Positions 48,101 through 57,700 of a stretch of 64,000 nt of DNA are shown in pieces. The notes under the pieces were generated by a model. That model searched no databases, was not told where the DNA came from, and was given only the letters and a program-made list of their open reading frames with translations. The number at the start of each line of letters is the position of its first letter. The first letter of the stretch is position 1. A program made the translations under genes and the position numbers. Source of the DNA: Leucoraja erinacea (Eukaryota); NCBI RefSeq assembly GCF_028641065.1, contig NC_073405.1, positions 4,588,001 to 4,652,000 of the forward strand, read 5' to 3'.

Positions 48101-51100
48101 TGCACGTCAAGCAAAAACACACACATGCTCTTCATAAAGTGCTTGAAATCTTCACCACATAACTTCACAGAAAAAACCTCATTAATATTTTGATTTTCTT
48201 AACTGCTGAAGAGTTTCATCTTCCAGCACACTTGGAAATTAATGAGAGCTAATAATAAAGTCTGTCATGCTGCAAATATCATTAATAATTCATTTAATGA
48301 TGAATTTATTCCGCTCAAGGTCTTCAGTGACCATGGGCCACGTAATCTCCAGGGAAGATAGCCAATTAATACATTTTTTTTTAATCTGTGTGTTGTCCTG
48401 TGACTTTATTTATTATTTTTGTGGCACCCGAGGAGACTTCCCTTGATGTTTTTAATTCTCATCCGACACTCGCACATACAGTTCCCTCCATAATGTTTGG
48501 GACAAAGACCCATCGTTCATTTATTTGCCTTTGTACTCCACAATTTGAGATTTGTAATAGAAAAAAAATCACATGTGGTTAAAGTGCACATTGTCAGATT
48601 ATATTAAAGGCCATTTTTATACATTTTGGTTTCACCATGTAGAAATTACAGCTGTGTTTATACATAGTCCCCCCCCCATTTTAGAGCACCATAATATTTG
48701 GGACACATGGCTTCACAGGTGTTTGTAATTGCTCAGATGTGTTTAAATGCCTCCTTAGTGCAGGTACAAGAGAGTTCTCAGCACCTAGTCTTTCCTCCAG
48801 TCTTCCTTTGGAAACGTTTATTGCTGTTTATCAATATGACGACCAAAGTTGTGCCAATGAAAGTCAAAGAAGCCATTATGAAACTGAGAAACAAGGATAA
48901 AACTGTTAGAGACATCAGCCAAACCTTAGGCTTACCAAAATGAACTGTTTGGCACATCATTAAGAAGGGAGAGCACTGGTGAGTTTACTGATCGCAAAGG
49001 GACTGGCAAGCCAAGGAAGACCTTCACAGCTGATGAAAGAAGTATTCTCTATAATAAAGAAAAATTCCCAACACAGTCCGACAGTTCAGAAACACTCTTC
49101 AGGAGTCAGGTGTGGATTTGCCAACCACCACTGTCTGCAGAAGACTATCCCAAACATACTGCTAAAGCAACAAAGGAGTTTTTCAAAGCTAAAAAATGGT
49201 CAATTCTTAAGTGGCCGTCAATCACCCGATCTAAACCCAATTGAGCATGCCTTTTATATGCTGAAGAGAAAACTGAAGTGGACTAGCCACCAAAACAAGC
49301 ATAAGCTAAAGATGGCTGCAATACAGGCCTGGCAGAGCATCACCAAAGACACCCAGTAATTGGTTATGTCCATGAATCGCAGACATCAAGTCATTGCATG
49401 CCAAGGATATGCAATAAAATATTAACAATAACAACTTTCATTTACATGACATTGCTGTTTCCCAAACATTATGGTGCCCTGAAATGGGGGGGGGGGACGG
49501 GGACACACACTATGTATTTCAACATGGTAAAACCAAAATGTATAAAATTACCCTTTAGTAAAATCTGACAATGTGCACTTTAACCACATTTGCTTTTTTT
49601 CTGTTACAAATCTCAAATTGTGGAGTACAGAGGCAAATAAATAAATGATAGGTCTTTGTCCCTAACATTATGGAGGGCAGTGTGTAAGCAAACATTTACC
49701 AGATTGGTCCCATTCAAGAGAGGCAATAACTTCATGGTGTCCAGAGTTGATGGAATAAACATCCCAAGGATGATCAGTGTCCAAAATGTGAATCATATAA
49801 GTAAGGTCTGTAAACAAAAAACAAGATTTTAGAGAATATTGCTTTGCCCTACCTACGAATTTTAGAGAATATTGCTTCGATCACATTCTAAATAATTTCA
49901 TTTACTCTGCCTTTATTTAAAAATAACCTGTGTGAAGAGACAACACATCAAACAGCAGATACAAGGTATTTTAAGTTGGAGCAAATAGACTTAATTTAGG
50001 AAGGGAAAAAATTGCAGATGCTGGAAAACTTAAAAAGTTTCACTGTGTAAGGACTTGACTCTCTCTTAAGAAGTATCAAAAGAAGAGAGTAATTCCAAAG
50101 AAACTGCAAACTCCCACAGCTGACAGCACATCACCTGGCCTGCCACCCACAACAAATGCCGTTTAATATATTCAATTAGTGGCTTCTCTTCAGTTGATAT
50201 TTAGTTTTGCAACTAATTAATCTACTTACTATTAATATCAACACTACACATCATTTCATTGCAGTTAACCAATGTTTAATAAAATTTTTAACTTAAAATA
50301 GCAGAAGAGAACATTTAAAATCACAAACCACATATTGGAAGTCCAAAGCGACAGAGGCTGAGGGGAAAGATGTGATAGAAATATATAAAATAATTAGTGT
50401 CAAAGATAGGATAGACTATCAGAGCATTTTTCCCCTAGGGTGGAAATGTCAAATACTAGAGGTAGTAGCCTTAAGGTGAGAGGAGGAAAGTTAAAGGAGA
50501 CCTGTGGGTACTTATTTATTTATTTTTTTATTTTTTAAAAGAGTGGTGGGTGTCTGGAGCTCGCTGCCAGGGATGGTGATGGAGGAATATACAATAATGG
50601 CATTAGAGACTTTTAGATACATTTACAATACTATGGATTACATGAAGGCAGAGGAGATTAGTTTAATCCAGCATCATGATCTGCATAGACATTGTGGGCC
50701 AAAGCGTCCGTTCCTGTGCTGTATTGTTCTATGTTCTAAAACATTTGGCCATCTTCTCTGTCCCCAATTCCAAATCTGTCCAAATATCTAATCTACAAAG
50801 AAATGTCATCACATCCATCTCAGAGAGCGTAATCATCTATCTTATCTGAAAAAAAAACATCTTCTTCAGTGTTAGTATTGAGCACTAGTCCTTGGAAGCA
50901 GAATTTGAATCTGCAGTCCTCCTACTCAATGAAAGGTGCTATTTATTACATTGCTGTAGTATTACTAAATTATTATCAAACATTTATTTGCAAATGCGTT
51001 CTACCTCAAGAAGGCAGCCAGCATCATCCCACACCACCCTCTGATTTCACTCTTGCCATTGGGAAGAAGGTATTGGTGCCCAAAAACAGAAACATCCAGG

Positions 51101-51750
51101 TTCAGGAGCAGCTACTTCCCAACAACCACCAGGCTATTAAACACTACAATCGCCAAATAAACTCTGAACTATATAGATTTGGGGACATTGTATTTGTCTA
51201 CGCACTATTAGCACGTGTGTATTGATTTTTTTTTTTGCTGTTTGCTGGAGATTGATAGATTCTTGATTAGTAAAGGTATCGGTGGTTATGGGGAGAAGGC
51301 AGGAGAATGGGGTTGAGAGGGAAAGATAGATCTGCCATGATTGGATGGCGGAGTAGACTTAATGGGCCGAATGGCCTAATTCAGATCCTACAACATTAAC
51401 TATTATTGTGCTAACACAGTACTGTTGTGCTGTTGCTAGTAAGAATTCCATTGTTCCGTTTCGGGACTGCACTTGACGTAGTAGACCGGAATGTGAAACT
51501 TCATCACTACACCATGCAAACATTAGAAACAAGCAACTGCAGATGCTGCGTTACAAAAAGAGAATCAAAGTGCTGGAAACATTGTGAGCCGGCGGTCTCG
51601 GGCCCAGTACCCACCTTGCTCCTCCTCGTTCTTCAGGTCGGTGGTGAAGGCAACTAGGTTCCTGCAGGACCAGGCGCACACGAGTGACACAGAGGGGCAG
51701 TAATTGCTCTTGGGTTGCTTGTCCCATTCACAGACGTAGGCCACGTCCAT
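26979..51750 (-). CDS. MED16: Mediator of RNA polymerase II transcription subunit 16 (14 coding exons, 829 aa)
   Basis: complement join of 51615-51750, 49700-49807, 47674-47843, 45310-45741, 43551-43656, 43020-43172, 41497-41708, 41051-41257, 39004-39214, 37749-37882, 34360-34552, 31459-31675, 30618-30701, 26979-27105 = 2490 nt. All introns GT-AG and in frame. Peptides ([47 protein letters not shown]) match vertebrate MED16 as recalled. Confidence 0.97.
27879..30273 (-). mobile_element. Defective Tc1/mariner transposon with ~220-bp TIRs
   Basis: Ends CAGTTCCCTCCATAATGTTTGG...CCAAACATTATGGAGAGCACTG|TA. Transposase fragments [22 protein letters not shown] and an HTH region on -, broken by frameshifts and an insertion. 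Confidence 0.93.
28553..29427 (-). mobile_element. Retroposon nested in the Tc1 copy (L2-like 3' tail)
   Basis: Flanked by direct repeat AGCAGTT (28546-28552, 29428-29434). Minus-strand end GTAAAGCGACTTTGAG...TTATTATT. Related to 7659-7950. Confidence 0.7.
30618..30701 (-). CDS. MED16: MED16 coding exon 13
   Basis: [27 protein letters not shown]. Confidence 0.93.
31459..31675 (-). CDS. MED16: MED16 coding exon 12
   Basis: [25 protein letters not shown]...QLDIFA. Confidence 0.95.
34360..34552 (-). CDS. MED16: MED16 coding exon 11
   Basis: [35 protein letters not shown]...LTKLWLC. Confidence 0.96.
36575..37217 (+). mobile_element. Non-LTR retrotransposon 3' end (clade uncertain, RTE-X-like)
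   Basis: Open C-terminal ORF 36619-37020 (ANILLRKF...LFRAYC...RLKVAYND), AATAAA, (TTA)n tail. Confidence 0.75.
37749..37882 (-). CDS. MED16: MED16 coding exon 10
   Basis: [17 protein letters not shown]...[17 protein letters not shown]. Confidence 0.95.
39004..39214 (-). CDS. MED16: MED16 coding exon 9
   Basis: [16 protein letters not shown]...[20 protein letters not shown]. Confidence 0.95.
39546..39617 (-). pseudogene. Degenerate tRNA-Ala(TGC) gene in MED16 intron 8
   Basis: Minus strand CGGGATGCAGCTCGGTGGAAGAGCACAGGCTTTGCATGTATGAGACCCCGGGTTCAATCCCCGACATCTCCA. About 8 changes from vertebrate tRNA-Ala-TGC as recalled; anticodon TGC, B box and G3:U70 kept; TTTT about 15 nt downstream. Confidence 0.8.
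41051..41257 (-). CDS. MED16: MED16 coding exon 8
   Basis: [12 protein letters not shown]...[13 protein letters not shown]...QALQQ. Confidence 0.96.
41497..41708 (-). CDS. MED16: MED16 coding exon 7
   Basis: [21 protein letters not shown]...[10 protein letters not shown]. Confidence 0.95.
41998..42207. mobile_element. Palindromic MITE (83-bp arms; superfamily uncertain, possibly PIF/Harbinger)
   Basis: 41998-42080 is the reverse complement of 42125-42207 with one mismatch; inserted into a Penelope-like repeat. Confidence 0.85.
43020..43172 (-). CDS. MED16: MED16 coding exon 6
   Basis: [22 protein letters not shown]...KFFPGM. Confidence 0.95.
43551..43656 (-). CDS. MED16: MED16 coding exon 5
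   Basis: [35 protein letters not shown]. Confidence 0.95.
44395..44960 (-). mobile_element. CR1-clade LINE internal RT fragment
   Basis: [20 protein letters not shown]...[13 protein letters not shown]...GNYR. Confidence 0.85.
45310..45741 (-). CDS. MED16: MED16 coding exon 4
   Basis: [26 protein letters not shown]...TRETSEQ. Confidence 0.96.
46195..47090 (-). mobile_element. Rex1/Babar-like LINE 3' portion (young)
   Basis: [15 protein letters not shown]...KFLGVQI...QRLHFLRKL...[10 protein letters not shown], open for about 200 codons; (TTGA)n tail. Confidence 0.88.
47674..47843 (-). CDS. MED16: MED16 coding exon 3
   Basis: [17 protein letters not shown]...[14 protein letters not shown]. 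Confidence 0.95.
48479..49682 (+). mobile_element. Internally deleted Tc1 transposon, same family as 27879-30273
   Basis: TA|CAGTTCCCTCCATAATGTTTGG start and inverted end; remnants [12 protein letters not shown] and [10 protein letters not shown]. Confidence 0.92.
49700..49807 (-). CDS. MED16: MED16 coding exon 2
   Basis: [36 protein letters not shown]. Confidence 0.95.
51615..51750 (-). CDS. MED16: MED16 coding exon 1
   Basis: [47 protein letters not shown] donor. Confidence 0.93.
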
Positions 51751-52030
51751 GTTTGATGCCGACTATCTGCCTCAGCCCGGCACTGCCGCCGACTCCCTGC
51801 CCGAAGGGGAGGCGCCTAAGCCGCCGTCTCTCTACCCGGCGGGAGTCAGTCAGTCAGTCCCAAAGATCTTTGCTCAGTCCACCCGCCTCTCTGCTCAGCC
51901 GCCGTCTCTCCGCCCGCCGCCGTCTCTCTACCAAAGATCCTAGAGGAGCTCTATAATCCTCTATAATCTTTGCTCTCTACCAGAGGACAGGCCGCCTCAG
52001 CCCGCCCATCCACCACTGCGCATGCACCAC
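51751..52030 (-). promoter_or_regulatory. MED16 5' UTR / CpG-rich promoter with NRF1-like site
   Basis: GC-rich DNA directly upstream of the ATG; TGCGCATGCA at 52017-52026 resembles the NRF1 palindrome. Confidence 0.5.
51932..51972. mobile_element. 41-bp element with CAAAGAT termini and 8-bp TSD
   Basis: CTCTCTAC|CAAAGAT...ATCTTTG|CTCTCTAC. Confidence 0.75.
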
Positions 52031-52139
52031 CACCACCAGGGAGCTGCCTGGATTAATTACAGTATACATTAAACTATAGTCAATTTAAACTGTTACTAAA
52101 CGCTCCTTCATTGTACGTGGGATTAGGTTTGTTATCCAG

Positions 52140-52497
52140 AACTAGGGGTCATTTAGTTTTTTAAGGATAAGAGAGGGTGAAGTGTTTTCTGCCAGGACCG
52201 AGGAAATCATTTTTGGCATATTTAACAGAGAGATGTGGCCCTTGTGGCTAAGGGATCTGTGGGTAAGAGAAGGCTGCCACAGAAGGTAGTTCAGCCATGC
52301 CACAGTTCATTGGGGCTATATTTTTTTATGTTTCTAAGAGGGAGTTAGATGTGGCCCTTGTGGCTAAAGGGATCAGGGGGTATGGAGAGAAGGCAGGTAC
52401 AGGATACTGAGTTGGATGATCAGCCATGATCATATTGAATGGCGGTGCAGGCTCGAAGGGCCGAATGGCATACTCCTGCACCTATTTTCTATGTTTC
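52140..52497 (+). mobile_element. CR1-clade LINE 3' end (scrambled 5' part)
   Basis: 52335-52497 matches the other copies; 52140-52335 is a mosaic of family fragments. Confidence 0.8.
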
Positions 52498-52739
52498 TTC
52501 AATACCATTACTTTTAGCTCTTTTTAAAAGTTGAGTTGCCCAATTTGATTTGTACATAACTTCAATTGCAAATACACGCTGATCTCTGCAAGAAAATGAA
52601 AACCAAGACCTTTGGTGAAAACGGCTAAATCCTTACAACTCCAAATTTAGTTTATCTTAACAAATATCTTTTGTTGTCATGCCCAATTTTTATTCTACAT
52701 TTCTGATTATTTATCCCCAAATGCACAAACTAGGAATAC

Positions 52740-53465
52740 AGGTACATAGTTGTAGGGAAGTGTTGTGGAGCAGCGGGATATTGGAGTGCAGTTGCATAGT
52801 TCCTTGAAGATGGCGTCACGAGTAGATGGGGTGGTCAAAATGCATTTGGCACATTGGCCTTCATCAGTCAGAGTACAGAAGGTGAAAGATCATGTTGGAG
52901 TTGCAGTTGTATAAGATGTTGATGAGGCTACAGTTAGAGTATTGTGTTCAGTTTTGGGCACCATGTTGTAGCAAGGATGTTGTCAACGCTGGAAAGGGTG
53001 CAGATATGATTTACGAGGATGTTGCCAGAACTCGAGGGCCTGAGCTATAGGAAGAGGTTAAGAAGGCTAATACTATTCCTTGGAGCATAGGAGGATGAGG
53101 AGTTATCTTTTGAGGTGTACAAGATGATGAGAGGAATAGATCGGGTAGATGCAGAGCCTCTTGCCCAGAGTAGGGGAATCGAGAACCAGAGGATATAGGT
53201 TTAAGGTGATGGAGCAACATTTAATAGGAACCTGATGGGTAACTTTTTCACATAAAGGGTGGTGGGTATGTAAAATATGCTGCCAGAGGAAGAAGCTGAG
53301 GCAGGTATTATCACACGTTTAAGAAACATTTAGACAGGTACATGGACACGACAGGTTTAGAGAGATATGGGCCAAATGCAGGCAGGTGGGATTAGTGTAG
53401 ATGGGATATGTTGGCCGTTGTGAGTAAGATGTGTCAATGAGCCTGTTTCCACACTGTACAACTCT
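52740..53465 (+). mobile_element. Older CR1-clade LINE 3' portion
   Basis: Degenerate LEYCVQFW-type segment and family-type 3' tail. Confidence 0.8.
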
Positions 53466-53599
53466 GACTATATAGTTTCTAAATAGTTTGGGGTTAAAGA
53501 CCTAGTCTTGTAGTATTCAACCCATCGCAGCCTGCCAAATGTATGCTGGTCAGTGTGTATTAGGTGGGCCAAAGGCCCTGTTTCCACGCTGTATCTGTA

Positions 53600-53885
53600 C
53601 TTTAGGCTTTAGAGATACAGCGTGGAAACAGGTCCTTCGGCCCACCGAGTCCGCACTGACCAGGGATCACCCTGTACAGTAGTTCTATCCTACACACTAG
53701 GGACAATTTATAAAAGACAATCAACCTACAAACCTGCACGTCTTTGGAATGTGAGAGAAAACCAGAGCTCCAGGAGAAAACCCACGCGATCACAGGGCAA
53801 AATCTCTATAGAAAGCACCTGTTGTCAGGATCGTTCCCGGGTCTCTAGCACTGCAAGGCAGAAACTCTACTGCTGCGCCACCCTT
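53600..53885 (-). mobile_element. tRNA-derived SINE
   Basis: Reverse complement of the SINE family core. Confidence 0.75.
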
Positions 53886-54049
53886 GAGGCTCTCTAAAGT
53901 CTAACTGCAAAGTGCTGGAAGAGCCAGTTGACGGGGATATGGGGAGAACATCATACGATCATTATTATGTGGCCGTGCGATTCGATCACCAGTGAACACC
54001 CACAATGCTGCAGAAAGAATGGATAGAGATACCAAAGATCTTGGATCAT

Positions 54050-54410
54050 TGGGAGACACCAGGAACTGAAGATGCTGGAATCCTGAGTCAAACACAAAGT
54101 GCTGCAGTAACTCCAAGGGCCAGGCAGCATCTATGCAGATGTGTGTAGGAAGGAACTACAGATGCTAGTTTATACGAAGATAGACACAAAGTGCTGTTGT
54201 AACTGGCAGTACCTGAGGCCGGGCAGCTTCCTACACACATCGCCTCAGGTCAAAGATTTTTCCTCTATAATCTTTGCCTCAGGTGCTGCTGCCTGACCCG
54301 CTGAGTTACTCCAATAATTTGTGTCAATGTCCGGATTCCAGCATCTGCAGTTCCTGGTGTCTCCATAAATCCTAGCTGGAGTGACTCAGTGGGTCAGGCA
54401 GCATCTCTGA
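54050..54410. repeat. Nested inverted cluster of Penelope-like repeat tails upstream of ISCA1
   Basis: 54052-54135 inverted to 54285-54365, with further partial copies inside. Confidence 0.65.
54251..54276. mobile_element. 26-bp element with CAAAGAT termini and 8-bp TSD
   Basis: CCTCAGGT|CAAAGATTTTTCCTCTATAATCTTTG|CCTCAGGT. Confidence 0.75.
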
Positions 54411-54539
54411 TGGTCAAGTCGCACGCCCACAGAACAATGACCGTCTGGCCCCCTACATCTCCATCCTGAGGCGATGTTTGTGGTCGGGGCAGCACCTGAG
54501 GTGATGTTTGGACTCCCGACGCTTTCTCAGACGTTTGCA

Positions 54540-54685
54540 TCGAATCTCCCGCCTTGTAGTGGTTGCCGGGCCGGGGTGCGATTGGCTTCCCTCTCAGCCA
54601 GTGCAGAGCAGAGACGTGTGGCTCGAGGTTGGGCTGTTGTCGGGGGCGGGTTGTTGATGTTGTTGGAAGGACAAGATGGCGGCGG
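54540..54685 (+). promoter_or_regulatory. ISCA1 proximal promoter
   Basis: Reverse CCAAT (ATTGG 54581-54585), GC box (GGGGCGGG ~54643-54650), YY1-type AAGATGGCGGC overlapping the ATG. Confidence 0.55.
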
Positions 54686-54756
54686 CCGTGAGGGCGAGTG
54701 TCAGGGCGGTGAGCGCCCGGAGATTGCGTCTACCCACCCGGGCCGCCCTGCTGCTG
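54676..54756 (+). CDS. ISCA1: ISCA1 exon 1
   Basis: MAAAVRASVRAVSARRLRLPTRAALLL, donor GTAAG. Confidence 0.92.
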
Positions 54757-57700
54757 GTAAGGCGGGACGCGGCACCTGAGCGCGAATCATTATTTTATTT
54801 AACTGAAGAATGTAGATTGAAGAATTCTGAGGAAGGGCCCGACCTGAAACGTCTTCGTCTCCTATCCATGTCCTCCAGAGATGCTGCCTGACCCACTGAG
54901 TCACTCCAGCACTACTTGTCTTTTTTGGGTAAATCAGCATCTGCAATTGCTTGTTGCTGCACTGAAATCATCTTAGCTAAATGATTGCTGCAGTGGCAAA
55001 AATACAATGTGAATATGCTGTTAATAATCAGATCAGGCCGCATCTGCGTGGAGGAAAACAAGGTCAACGTTTCAGGTGGAAGGCACTTTTTCAGAAATGA
55101 AAGGCGAGGGTAGATGCAAGACTGTAGAGTGGGTGGGGAGGTGATGGTCTCTGACAGGGTAAAAGTGGGCTGACCATGGGGGTAAATTGTGAACCAGCCT
55201 ATCTGGTAAGTGAGTGAAGAACATGGACAAAAGAACCATGTCAAAAACTGAGTTACGAAATGCATAGCAGGAGGACAGGTCTCGCAGGTTAGGTTGAGTA
55301 AAGCAAAAAGCAAAGATTATAGAGCTCTATGATCTTTGGGGAAAGTGAGTTTGGAGTCTTTTATTGTCGATGTCTCGAAACGGAACAATGAAATTCTTAC
55401 TTGCAGCAGCACAACAGTTGTGTAAACATAATAATCTGTAAACGCCATCTTACACAACCAAAACAGTTGGGCATAAATATATATGTAACAAAACAATAAT
55501 GCAAAGATAGAAATGATGCTCTATGAAGTTTGCAGTTTATTTGGAGGTTGTAGTGTTTAATAGCCTGGTGGTTGTTATGAAGAAGCTGCTCTTGAACGTG
55601 GACCTTAAAGATTTCAGGCTCCTATACCTTCTTCCAGAGAAGGGGGTCGAAAGACAACCAGAGCTAACAATGCAGATGGATGACTGATACAAACTAGGAA
55701 ATTCAGTTTCCCAAAGTTATTGAATTCAATTGTGAGTCCGGAAGGCAACAACGGAAAATAAGATATTGTTCCTCAAGCTTGGGTCTCCTTGGTGTTCTAA
55801 TTTCGCAATGATATTCCACATTCTGAATGAATGAATGAATGAATGAATACGTTTATTGGCCAAGTATGGACACATACAAGGAATTTGCCTTGGTGCTCTG
55901 CTCGCAAGTAACAAAACAACATAGAGTAAAACATTAAGAATAAAACATTATAGTTTAAACATGTGAATGAAATAAAATACCAGAGCAAAAGGAGGCTACA
56001 GACTTTTGGTTATTGAGTAGAGCTACTGCTCGTGAAAAAAAGCTGTTTTTATGTCTAACTGTGGCAGCTTTGACTGTCTGGAGTCGCCTTCCAGAGGGAA
56101 GTGCTTCTAAGAGTTTATGCCAGGGTGAGAGGGGTCAGAGATGATCTTACCCACTCACTTCCTGGCCCTTGCAGTGTACAGTTCATCAATGGGGGGAAGG
56201 TTGCAGCCAACAATCTTCTCAGCTGATCGAACAATTTGCTTCAGCCTCTGGATGTCGTGCTTGGTGGCTGAGCCAACCAGACCATGATGGAGAAGGTGAG
56301 GACAGACTCTACGATGGCAGTATAGAATTGGACCATCATTGCCCGTGGCAGGTTGTTTCCTCAGATGCCGCAGGAAGTGCATCCTCTGTTGGGCCTTTTT
56401 GACTGGAGTCGATGGTGGCCCCCCATTTAAGGTCCTTGGAGATGATGTGACTGTGGTGTTGTTGATGGTAAGTGGGGGGAAGGGGAAGGGGAAGGGAGGG
56501 GGAACTCTCCTAAAGTCTACTATCAATTCCACCATCTTAAGAGAATTGAGCTCCAGGTTGTTAAAAAGGCACCAGGAAGGTCTACATTCATTAACTGTTT
56601 GAAGAGATAGATTGGCTTGGCACGGAAACCTAACTGAAGCTTGAACTCAGGATTAGATGAAAAGTTATACTTTATAATTTACGAACCTATCTCCAATGAC
56701 GTAATATTAGTAATTCATTCCACTCTTTTTTCTTTTTTGACATTTGTATTTTTTTTCTTTTTCTCTCTCTTTCTCTCTTATTAACTATCTATATTAAAAA
56801 AAACTAGAAGCGGAATCAATCCACAATTGATTGATATACATGAGAAGTTTTTACTATAATATGTAATTATATTTGACCATATGTTTGCTTCTAATAAAAA
56901 TATTTTTAAAAAAAGAAAGGCACCAGGACGTCAGCTGCGTTACTTCCTGTCTGTAGGCAGATTCCTCCCCTTCCTGGATCAGTCCAATAGGGATTGTGTC
57001 GTCCGCAAACTTGAGAAGTTTGACAGAGGAGTCTATGGAGGTGCTTGAGAGAGTAAAGGAGAGGGGAGACAATGCAGTCTTGCAGTGCTCCTGTGCTGAG
57101 GGTCTGCGGGTCCGAGATGTGGAGTTTAGAAGAATGATACGCCTCATTTAAACTTTAATTCTTTCAAGACTTTAATAAACTGAACACTTTTGAAGGAGTA
57201 GGCCTTTAGGATGAGATAAGAGGAAATGTATTACTTTATAATGGTGATTATTTGGAATTCTCTCAGAGGATTGTTAAGTCTTGGTCATTGATTTTATTCA
57301 AAACAAATTAAAAGAATTCTGAGTGCAGAAAAAAGGATTACTGTAGAAAATCAGACAGTCTATTCTCAATCATCACTTGAGTGGTGTAAGGTATTATTGA
57401 CAGTTGTTTCCAGCAGCACTTGCTCACTAATAATCTATATATTGCTGCTCAATTGGAACTCTGTAGGTCAGTTCCCCCAACTTGTTTTCTGCTTAGTTGT
57501 ACCACAACTGCAACCTTTTATTTAAAATATTCATCCTCTTCACCAGCAGAGTACCGTGGCTGCAGTATATACTATTTACAAAATACAATGCAGTTGCTTG
57601 CCAAAGCTGCTCTGTCGTTACATCCCAAACCCTTAACCTTGAAAGTTAAGAACAGTGGGATGGAAAACAACCCCGCCAGCAGGTTCCCTTCTAATTTGTA

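Noticed and set aside
54033-54044. CAAAGATCTTGG as a fifth ultra-short element
   Set aside because: Imperfect terminus and no flanking 8-bp duplication.
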